Shown one piece after another: positions 24,267 to 33,308 of a DNA stretch of 64,000 nt. Origin of the DNA: Naegleria gruberi. Taxonomy: Eukaryota. The stretch's first letter is position 1, and each line of letters opens with the position of its first letter. The stretch lies in assembly GCA_000004985.1 (NCBI GenBank), contig GG738913.1; one strand, written 5' to 3'. A model generated the notes under the pieces. The model ran no database searches. It was not told the origin of the DNA and saw only the letters and a program-made list of their open reading frames with translations. The position numbers and the translations under genes are program-made.

Positions 24267-26039
24267 ATGAATCTTGACGAGGTTGATGTGGTTGTACATT
24301 TCAATGATGTTAATCACCTTATCACTGTTTCAAAAGAAACCAGTCATCAAGATTTAATCAGTGCTATTAGAGATGAGTTAGCACTCTTGCCAAATGAAAA
24401 GATTGAAGTTTATTACTTAGATCCCAAATTAGAGCGTGAAATAGTCCTGAAGAATGACAGTTATGTAAAACGTTTCTTTAAACATGAACAATTAATGATT
24501 ATTGTCACTCTCGACAGCCCTCAAACTAATGTTGCTCCAGATTTAAATCTCACAGTTTCTGAGAGGACAGAAAGGGTGGTTTATGAAGACAGTAATGCTG
24601 ATTATGAGATATTAACAACTGCTCTAGAACCATTGAAACGTTCATATACCCTCAAGATAGAGGGAGGAAAACACAAAATTTTCAATTCTACTGCTACATT
24701 GTGGAAGGATATTTTTGATTATGCCAAGTCAAAGCTTGAAATTACCTCTTCCTCTTTCAAATTACAAGTAATGAATGAAGATAATGTATTCGAAGATGTA
24801 CATGAGAGAATAATTTCAGGTGGCAATGTTGAGTTTATCATTCAAGTTGTTGAAAGGGGATCAACAGCTATTGTTGAGGAATGTGTTGAGAATGTCAATG
24901 AAGGTTCTTCATCTTCCTCCAATTGTCACAGTTTTTTGAAACCAACCATCAATACCCCATCTCATTATCAGAAACAAGAATACCAAAGCGATTTAAAGCT
25001 CAAAGAATTTGTTGCTCCTGAGAAACATCTTCCAGGTTTTAAATATGAAAGATACAAACACTTTTTACACAAAAAGAGTAGGGTAGTTGACTTGTCAAAT
25101 GGAAGGAGATATTCAAAACACCAAGGTCACGAGTCTGAGATCATGAAATCCCAAGAAAACCAATACAATCAAAAAGTTGAAACCTTGAGAAATGAGCATG
25201 AAAATCAACAGAAAATTGCGATTGAAGAAGATTTGCAAAGAGCCCAAGAATTTGAAAGCAATGAAACTCAAAAATTAGATCAGGTGGCTCAAGACAACTT
25301 GAAGAGTATTGGCAATGCAGGATTTGAGGGAGCTAAATGTGGAGCTGTAGCAGGGCTCGTTGGAGCAGCTGTCATGAATGGAGCTGAAGTACTCAATGGA
25401 AAGAAAACTGTTTCCAAAGCTATTTTGGATACTGGAAAGACAGGTGGTATGGCAGCTCTTGTTGGTGGTGGAGTCTCAACAACCCTCTCTACAATCAACA
25501 CATTCGGTTTAAGCTCCACTAATCAAACTATTTCACAAGTTAGCTCATCAGTCTTGAAGAATTCCACGTGGATTATTCCCGTTCTTTTTGCTGTACCTAA
25601 AATTCATGAAGAGATTGAACTTTATTGGAAACAACAAAAGAGTGGTGTTGAGTGTTGTAAAAATCTCATGGGATTCGCCACAACAACACTTGTTGGTATG
25701 GCAGGAGGAACAGCCACTATAGCACTTGTTTCTCTTTTATTTCCAGGTATTGGTTCTGTTGTTGCTGCTGGTGTTTCAGCAGTTGGTGGTGTTATCTCAA
25801 CAATGGCATCCAACAGACTATTTGAGCTATATTCTGAGATATTGAAACCAAATCCTCAAGACACTCTCCAAGAAGCTCTTCTTTGGTTTGGTTTATCTCA
25901 TGAAACCAAGTACAATGTTAATGAACGTTACAAAACACTTAGAAAGATTTACCATCCAGATTCTGGTGGAACCAATGAATCCTTTGTTAGATTGCAAACC
26001 TATTACAGTGTAATCGTTGCATCTGTTAATTCAAAGTAA
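24267..26039 (+). CDS. C-terminal J-domain (DnaJ-like) protein with a ubiquitin/PB1-like N-terminus, a coiled coil and a Gly/Ala-rich hydrophobic (glycine-zipper) segment.
   Basis: A J-domain with an HPD motif sits at the C-terminus (KYNVNERYKTLRKIYHPDSGG). The in-frame ATG at 24267 has an aaaaaaaATG context. GxxxG-type repeats occupy 25300-25830. Confidence 0.55.
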   Translation: MNLDEVDVVVHFNDVNHLITVSKETSHQDLISAIRDELALLPNEKIEVYYLDPKLEREIVLKNDSYVKRFFKHEQLMIIVTLDSPQTNVAPDLNLTVSERTERVVYEDSNADYEILTTALEPLKRSYTLKIEGGKHKIFNSTATLWKDIFDYAKSKLEITSSSFKLQVMNEDNVFEDVHERIISGGNVEFIIQVVERGSTAIVEECVENVNEGSSSSSNCHSFLKPTINTPSHYQKQEYQSDLKLKEFVAPEKHLPGFKYERYKHFLHKKSRVVDLSNGRRYSKHQGHESEIMKSQENQYNQKVETLRNEHENQQKIAIEEDLQRAQEFESNETQKLDQVAQDNLKSIGNAGFEGAKCGAVAGLVGAAVMNGAEVLNGKKTVSKAILDTGKTGGMAALVGGGVSTTLSTINTFGLSSTNQTISQVSSSVLKNSTWIIPVLFAVPKIHEEIELYWKQQKSGVECCKNLMGFATTTLVGMAGGTATIALVSLLFPGIGSVVAAGVSAVGGVISTMASNRLFELYSEILKPNPQDTLQEALLWFGLSHETKYNVNERYKTLRKIYHPDSGGTNESFVRLQTYYSVIVASVNSK

Positions 26040-26372
26040 TTCTTGTTAAGAAAAACAATAATTGTATTATCAACAACATTAATTTATAAAAACAACTTTA
26101 TTCCCTAGTCCAGTAACTTATTCACAGTATTACAAACTAAAGTTCTTCTCCAAACATTCAAACATTAAAACATTAAAATCATCGATTGAAGTCTTACCTT
26201 GATCCATGGTGTGTTGAGAACACTATTTAAATCTTTCTTAATTTCTTCACAAATGTTGATTTGAATAGCGCTATGGTTATTTTGCTAAAAACAATATCTT
26301 CAATATTTTCAAAAATCAGAATTGATTCAAATAAAACATATAAAGTCGACATGCTTCAGTGACAAGTTTATT

Positions 26373-29300
26373 TTATACTTTAGAAACCAAGTCAACCAAG
26401 TATTTAAAATCAATTGATTTCCTCAAGTCAAATGAAGGATTTGTCACTAAATCATACTTTTCATTCAATTCCTTTAAAAATTCTCTATCATATCTTAATG
26501 AATAGTTTGCATAAACAATACTTTCCTTATTAATTTCCATACATTTAGAAATAAATTCCCTATTTGATCTTAGCTCATACGGTAAATAGACGATAGTATC
26601 GCAAATATCACTTGATAAACTGGATAAAGCAATTTCCCAATCACATTTCATATCGTAGGTACATGAGATTATGCTTTCCTTACAGCTTTTAACAGCCGTC
26701 AAGTTAATTTCTCTATCCTTCAAATATTCTAAAGGTATAAACAGGAGTGTGTGAGGAAATTGAACTGCTTTCAATACTAAATTTCTATCCAAATAATAGG
26801 GTGTTGAAATTAGATATTTCAATACTTGTCCATTAAGTTCAATGCATTGTGAAATAAATTGATAATCTTGTTGTAATTCTTTACATGCATGTGAAAATAT
26901 GGAACTTGATGATTTTACAGCCATTAACATGATTTGTCTATCGTGTGAAAATTCCAATTGTAATTCTCTTGATAAAAGAATAAATGAATCTCCATGGGTT
27001 TGCATTGATTTTAAGGCAATTTCACGATCATTTCTAAATTTCAATGGGATATTAATTAAATTATACTCCATTGGTTGAATTTCTAATAGGAATTTCTTGT
27101 TTAGTTTCATTGACGTCCATTTTAAATTATCCATATTCTTATTGACAGCTTTCAGGGCAATTTCATAATCATTTCTCATATTAAATTGAAGTTGGTTAAA
27201 TTTAAACTTATTTTCAATTGCTTGTAAGGCCATTTCCTTTGTAATAAAGGATTGAAAATAGGTTTCTTCATTTGTATGAATTGAAAGTCCATTTCTAATA
27301 GCAGTTTCAAATATTTCACTATCATTAATTTGTAATTCCTTTGAGGAACAGTAAAAAGCATTTGGGTAGTTATCCACAGCTTTTAACACAATTTCTCTAT
27401 CATTTTGATATTCAGAAGAACAGTATTGTAATACTTCACCCTTCTTTGAAATTGCCTTGATTGCCAATTCTCTATCACTTCTCAGCTCATGTGAAATAAA
27501 ACAATAAATTAGTGGATTAATATCCATTAGTTTTGAAACAAAATTCTTGTCGCTTTTCAATCTGTTACTTGCAAATTCAAAATATTCACCAGTCCAATCA
27601 GTATCAATAGCTACTTGAACAATTTCTTCATCATCCTGATATTGTGATGGAACTGATTGTAAGTTTTTTCCATTAGCTTTACATGCTTCATAACAAATTT
27701 CCCAATCTAAAGGTCTATAAACAATATCACTTAGAGAAACGGACGTATTTGCGTTAGCTTTTAAAGTCATTAATACAATTTCTCTGTCATTTTTCAATTC
27801 GTAAGAGGCTTGTTCATATTCTGTTGAAGACATCTGAATGGCAATTTCAACAATTTCTCTATCATGTTTGAAATCGAAAGGAAGACTTGCGATAGTTTCA
27901 ACTTGTTTTGTATATTCCAATGCTAAATCTCTATCATGAGCTAGTTCATCTCCAATATTTTCATAAATATCATGATAGGTATTCCTAGCGGCTTTGAGGA
28001 ATAGGTTTCTGTCGTTTTTCAAAGTTTCATCTGAAATGTGTATAAAATATGAACCTCTCCTTTCAATCACTTGATTAATTAATTCAATATCATTTTGAAG
28101 TTCCTTTGAGGCATATTTAAAATTGTTATAATGATATTGAATAGCTTCCTTAATAAATTCCCTGTCGTTTTGAATTTCCTTTGAGGCAAATGTTAGAGAT
28201 GATGGACATAATTGAATAGCTCTTCTTACAATTTCTCTATCGGATTTGAACTTTTCAAATATTGGATCTTGGTGATGAACAAAACTCGAGGGTTGATATT
28301 CTAGTAATTGTAGTATGTGCTCTCTATCAATTAATGAACTGAAAGTTGGTTCTTCAAGTTTCGCCTTGTATATGAAAGTTGGATCAATTTCAATCATTTT
28401 CATTTGGAATTTTTCCTTAATTTTCTTAATATCAAAGCCTCTTTCCTCACCAAATCTCGTGTGATCACTTATTAATTCAATTATAAACTCGTCGTCGTAT
28501 TGTATTATTGGATTAACACATGTTAAAAATTTTAAAAAACATTCAGTTGATGTAATTGAACTCATTAGCAATTCCTTATCAAATTTCAAATCATCACTAG
28601 CATGTTTAATTGCTTCAATATTATTCCTAATAGCAAGTGTAACTATCTCTTTATCATTCTTCAAAGATTCGTGGGAATATGCTAAATTACAGCCATTCTG
28701 TTTAACCGATTCCATTACAATTTCTCGGTCAGATTTGAACTTGTCATTGACATATTGAAGAGTGTCACCTTTGTTTGACTTGACGAATTGTAAGATCACA
28801 TCTCTATCATTTCTAAGTTTTTCTGGAATATAGCGGAAAACCAAACAATTTCTAACGATTTGTAAAATTATTTCCTTGTCAAATTTAAATTCTTCTGGAA
28901 TGAATCTAAGAATTTCTTCTTTTTTGTGTTTTGTCGATTTGATTGCTTTCAAAATCAGCTCTCTATTAATAAATTGTTTCGGAACAAATTCAATCATTGT
29001 TCCATTATTACTAATTGCCTTATCTATGAATATTCTTTTCATTTTCAATCGTTCTGATAGAAATTTATAAGAAAGTCTCTGACAATCAATTGCAATTAAA
29101 GCAATTTCTTCATCATCATGAAAATTCTCTAAAAATTCAAAGGTACAATTAATAGATCTACCCCAATAGGGAGATTTGCCCTTCAATATCGCAACTTTAG
29201 CAAACTCTCTATTTCTCTTCAATTCATCACTTGCAAACGAAACTGCCACTGCATTACTACGTGCAGCAAGAATCACCATCTCTTCATTATTCCTAATCTT

Positions 29301-29624
29301 ATCACCTGCAAATTGCAATAAATTTCCATTATGGTGAATTAATTTGTAACAAATGAGTGGACAATGAGCATCTGGAAGTGGATTTTCTTGGAGGTAGCGA
29401 ATTGGATTTCTTGAAGCAAGTACTTTTTCCAAATGTTCATATTTGAATAAAAGTGATGAAAGTTGGCGAGTGGTGGTTTCTTGAAAATGTTTTGTAAGAA
29501 ATTGTGTTGTTGTATCAATATGTTCTAGTTCAACAATTTGAAAATCATTATCATTGTATTGATTGTTTGTTGAATGAAAAATGGTTCGGATGATCAAATC
29601 ACAACCATGGTTTCTGATAGCCAT
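26373..29624 (-). CDS. Large DUF4116-like repeat protein with about 25 degenerate repeats of roughly 36 aa.
   Basis: A 1083-aa single ORF. The repeat unit [LI]KAV..NG..LQY.S.EL.NDREIV recurs throughout. Confidence 0.55.
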   Translation of the reverse strand: MAIRNHGCDLIIRTIFHSTNNQYNDNDFQIVELEHIDTTTQFLTKHFQETTTRQLSSLLFKYEHLEKVLASRNPIRYLQENPLPDAHCPLICYKLIHHNGNLLQFAGDKIRNNEEMVILAARSNAVAVSFASDELKRNREFAKVAILKGKSPYWGRSINCTFEFLENFHDDEEIALIAIDCQRLSYKFLSERLKMKRIFIDKAISNNGTMIEFVPKQFINRELILKAIKSTKHKKEEILRFIPEEFKFDKEIILQIVRNCLVFRYIPEKLRNDRDVILQFVKSNKGDTLQYVNDKFKSDREIVMESVKQNGCNLAYSHESLKNDKEIVTLAIRNNIEAIKHASDDLKFDKELLMSSITSTECFLKFLTCVNPIIQYDDEFIIELISDHTRFGEERGFDIKKIKEKFQMKMIEIDPTFIYKAKLEEPTFSSLIDREHILQLLEYQPSSFVHHQDPIFEKFKSDREIVRRAIQLCPSSLTFASKEIQNDREFIKEAIQYHYNNFKYASKELQNDIELINQVIERRGSYFIHISDETLKNDRNLFLKAARNTYHDIYENIGDELAHDRDLALEYTKQVETIASLPFDFKHDREIVEIAIQMSSTEYEQASYELKNDREIVLMTLKANANTSVSLSDIVYRPLDWEICYEACKANGKNLQSVPSQYQDDEEIVQVAIDTDWTGEYFEFASNRLKSDKNFVSKLMDINPLIYCFISHELRSDRELAIKAISKKGEVLQYCSSEYQNDREIVLKAVDNYPNAFYCSSKELQINDSEIFETAIRNGLSIHTNEETYFQSFITKEMALQAIENKFKFNQLQFNMRNDYEIALKAVNKNMDNLKWTSMKLNKKFLLEIQPMEYNLINIPLKFRNDREIALKSMQTHGDSFILLSRELQLEFSHDRQIMLMAVKSSSSIFSHACKELQQDYQFISQCIELNGQVLKYLISTPYYLDRNLVLKAVQFPHTLLFIPLEYLKDREINLTAVKSCKESIISCTYDMKCDWEIALSSLSSDICDTIVYLPYELRSNREFISKCMEINKESIVYANYSLRYDREFLKELNEKYDLVTNPSFDLRKSIDFKYLVDLVSKV

Positions 29625-29843
29625 TTTTTTTTCACAATAGATTTGGTAAAACTAGACTAAACAAATTGGAATAAGATGAACTAGACGAAACTCATTCCAC
29701 CCATGAAACAGAGAAAAATTACATTACTGCGACAATATTTGGCAATGGAAACCTAATAAAATTAAAAATTGCATATTCTCAATGTCAAATGTTATGTCAC
29801 ACAATTTAATGACATAGCCTCTAGTGCAGATCATTATGCTTTT

Positions 29844-29916
29844 GACAAGCATAGCTCAGTGGGGAGAGCAGCAGAGCCCAGCACTGCGGGTCAGAGGTTC
29901 GATTCCTCTTGTCTGT
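29844..29916 (+). tRNA. Probable tRNA gene. Its cloverleaf has canonical length, with anticodon CCA (Trp) under standard numbering, but with non-canonical features.
   Basis: The layout is ACAAGCA-TA-GCTC AGTGGGGA GAGC-A-GCAGA GCCCAGC ACTGC-GGGTC-AGAGG TTCGATT CCTCT-TGTCTGT-C. A-box and B-box are canonical, and a TTTTT terminator follows immediately. Anomalies are an A4·C69 mismatch, an A31·A39 mismatch and C33 in place of U. Confidence 0.5.
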
Positions 29917-30328
29917 CTTTTTATGTTGAGAATTTCTATATTTTCTTAACAGTTGAAATAACAGGGTAGACAGATCTTAAAGTTTACAAATATTTTCAAT
30001 TAACAGCAAGTCTTATTCCAGAGAACAGTATTTTCTTTGGTCTACTTTAGATAGTTGAAACAAGGCTATTAATCTTTTAAGACTATGGGATCAGAGTAGA
30101 TTACAATTTCCACCACAGGGTTTTGCCTCACAGTTTGTGCTTCCGAAGATTCCCCGTTGACATATGTTGAGGTTCCTTTTTTGTTCTCCTTATCCCATCG
30201 GTATGAGTTTGTGCTCACGCATGATCCATTCATTCGGAAGTTGCTGATCAAATAAATAATGTGTGAAGCAAATTTCATCAAATAATCAAAAACAAAATCA
30301 TAAAAAACAACAACATTCACTAATCAAA

Positions 30329-30971
30329 ATGGTCTATAAAATCTATGGTATTCCACAATCTACTTGTTCAACGTGTCTTGACAACTTTGAAGGAAAAGGG
30401 TTTGGAACATGAATTGATTGTAGTTGACTTGAGCAAGGGTGAACATAAATCACCATCCTTCTTGGAAAAGCAACCATTTGGTGTCATTCCAGTTCTTGAT
30501 GATGATGGTTTCTTGATCTATGAATCTCGTGCCATCTGTCGTTATTTGGAAGCTAAACACAAGGGTCAAGGAACTGAATTGATTCCATCCGATCTTAAGG
30601 CTTTGGGTTTATTCGAACAAGGTGCATCAATTGAAACAGCATATTTTGATCCAAATGCTGCTGGTTTGGCTTTCGAAAAGTTGTTCAAGGGTCTCTTTGG
30701 TTGGGGTACTACTGATGATGCTCGTGTTAAGCAATTGACTGACAAATTGAATCAACATTTGGATGCTTATGAAAAGATCTTGTCCAAGCAAGAATTCATT
30801 GGTGGTAATCAATTCACTTTGGCTGATTTGTATCACTTGCCTTATGGTAGTTTGTTGTTTGCTCCACCAGTTGGTCTCGGAAACTTGATCACTGATCGTC
30901 CACATGTTAAGGCTTGGTGGGAAAAGATTTCCTCAAGACCATCATGGAAGGCTGTTTCTGGTCAAAATTAA
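30329..30971 (+). CDS. Glutathione S-transferase (phi/theta-like) with a +1 frame discontinuity near 30366-30372.
   Basis: MVYKIYGIPQSTC from the ATG at 30329 shifts into QRVLTTLKEKGLEHELIVVDLSKGEHKSPSFL...ESRAICRYL in the 30345 frame. Together these form a continuous GST N-terminal thioredoxin fold only if one T is removed. Confidence 0.65.
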
Positions 30972-31489
30972 TTTGACTTTGTATTACTATTAAATCATTA
31001 ATTTTATTTTATTTAAATTTATTTGTATTTGCTTTAAAAACTGTAAAATGTTCATTTTTGCAATTTGTAAATTTGCTCAATCAATTTGCTTTTTTCATCA
31101 ATTCGCATAATTGCCTTTTATTATTTTCCGTTGAAATGCAGTCAAAATCGATTCATCCTCAACCAACACCAACACCATTCTGCTTACTGTTGATAACTTG
31201 AGAATGACATTAAATCCTGTATCATCATGGCTTCAAAAGAACTTCTAGTAAGTTATTCAAGAGTGAAACCTTGCCTCGTTATCATCAAGAGAGGCTCAAG
31301 GATGAACATTAATTAACACAGCAAGCTTGAAGAGAGTTGCGGGACTCATTGAAATTTTGAAAAAAATTACGAGCGAGCTGTAAAGAGTACTATTGTTTCG
31401 CTCAGTCTTTTTATTTTCATCAACAGCAACAACCCTCTAGAGTATTTCCCTCTCCCTCTCATCCACACACTCACTACTAGAATAATAAT

Positions 31490-32803
31490 ATGAGTGGTAT
31501 TTCTATTGTTAGGTTAGGTCTGAAAAAGACTTCATCATCATCAATTTTTGTTAATTCAGGCAAGAATTTGTTGTGTCAAAAGAATCATCAATTTACATCA
31601 AGAAGACAATATGGAATTCTTTCTAACATCGCTTCTAAAGTATTAACTAATATCAAAATTCCTAAACTAGTCTCTACAGAAAATATTGATTCAATTATTA
31701 CATCATCCGATATGATTATTGATGAAAGTGTCGCTAAAGGAACTCTTGCTCACCTCATTCAAGAAACAATTTTGAAGGACAGAGAATTACATAATCAATC
31801 ATCAGATCCTAATAGAACTTCTAAAACAATTTCCCTTCAAGTCGATGGAGATTTGAAATTAATTGGTGAGGAAATTCTTGATAGTGTTAAATCTGACCAT
31901 CCTGTACTTGATGCTGCTGCCAAGTACTTTTTCAATACACCTGGAAAACTCTTCAGACCAATGTTGGTTTTAATGACCGGTAGAGCTGTCAATGAACAAA
32001 CAGAAATTTCAGATTTGGAAACAATCATGAGAAAACAAAGAAAATTAGCTGAAACAACAGAGCTTATTCATGTTGCTAGTTTAATCCATGATGATATTGT
32101 AGATGATGCCGATACAAGAAGAGGAATTCCTGCCCTCAACAAAAATGTTGGAAATAAGGTTGCTGTTTTAGCTGGTGATTTCCTTCTCGGCAGAGCTTCC
32201 ATAAATTTGGCTAGAATCGGAAATATTGAATCTATTGATTTAATTTCAACAGTTATTGAACATTTGGCTTATGGCGAAGTTTTGCAAATGGCCGGAAAAG
32301 GAAAATTAGATTTTGATTATTATATGAAAACCATCTTCTTTAAAACTTCATCTCTCATTGCTAACAGTTGTAAGGCTTCAGCTGTTTTAAGTGGATCAAC
32401 AAACCGTGAACTAATTGATGCAGCATATACTTTCGGAAAACACGTAGGAATTGCATACCAATTAACTGATGACAGTCTCGATTTCACACAATCACAAAAC
32501 GACCTAGGAAAACCATCTCAAGGTGCTGACATGAAATTAGGTTTAACAACATGTCCAATTATTTTCGCTGCTCAAGCTTTCCCAGAACAAATGAAACCAA
32601 TAATTGATAGAAAATTCTCAGGTGAAGGTGATATTGAAATGGCTAGAAACTTTGTTATTAAGAGTAACGCCGTTCAATCCACTAAAGATTTGGCTGATAC
32701 ACACACGAGGATGGCTTACGATGCTGTTATGAAGTTTAAACCTTCACCAGTTCGATCTGTTTTACTTGAATTACTTTACAAGATTTCCTTGAGAAACAAG
32801 TAA
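31490..32803 (+). CDS. coq1: trans-Polyprenyl-diphosphate synthase (COQ1/PDSS-like) with an N-terminal mitochondrial-type presequence.
   Basis: The first DDxxD motif is LIHDDIVDDADTRRG, and the second aspartate-rich motif lies near GKPSQGADMKLG. Appears single-exon. Confidence 0.75.
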   Translation: MSGISIVRLGLKKTSSSSIFVNSGKNLLCQKNHQFTSRRQYGILSNIASKVLTNIKIPKLVSTENIDSIITSSDMIIDESVAKGTLAHLIQETILKDRELHNQSSDPNRTSKTISLQVDGDLKLIGEEILDSVKSDHPVLDAAAKYFFNTPGKLFRPMLVLMTGRAVNEQTEISDLETIMRKQRKLAETTELIHVASLIHDDIVDDADTRRGIPALNKNVGNKVAVLAGDFLLGRASINLARIGNIESIDLISTVIEHLAYGEVLQMAGKGKLDFDYYMKTIFFKTSSLIANSCKASAVLSGSTNRELIDAAYTFGKHVGIAYQLTDDSLDFTQSQNDLGKPSQGADMKLGLTTCPIIFAAQAFPEQMKPIIDRKFSGEGDIEMARNFVIKSNAVQSTKDLADTHTRMAYDAVMKFKPSPVRSVLLELLYKISLRNK

Positions 32804-33308
32804 ATTCTCAATCTACTTTCTACCACACCAATTTAAATCCATATTGAGTGAATTATTTATTGAAATTAAAGAAGCGAATGGGCATTTAAGGCTCGAATCG
32901 GGTTAAACCCAATAAATACTTCTCTCAACATCTTTCTCTTTTTGTAATTTGTTAATGTTTTAATATATGCTTTAACACTAATATCAAAAACAAAATTCCA
33001 GGTCTTTCCATTCATAACAATACAACATCATCATAGTGATATAAACTGTTGAAAAGTATTAAAATTCATTTTCCTAGATATTCCCTGGTTGTTACAACAT
33101 TCTGAACTCCTTTTCATAAGAACATGTGTTCCCTCCGTGTTCCTCATCAAAACAGTTAAAATCTTTGGTGTGAACTTTTTTGATCAATTCATAATTAAAA
33201 AAATTAAATCGAACACCTTCCGATTGCATTATCTGACACCATCCTCATCAGTTTATAGATCATCTGATATTCGTAATCAACTATACCCATTAATTATTAT
33301 TTATTAAA

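Noticed and set aside
25289-25813. Two minus-strand ORFs rich in Pro/Ala/Thr inside the J-protein gene.
   Set aside because: They are antisense to the Gly/Ala/Val-rich glycine-zipper segment, a composition-driven artefact.
30069-30320. An 83-aa minus-strand ORF between the tRNA and the GST.
   Set aside because: No homology. It lies in the probable GST 5' flank. The coding signal is weak.
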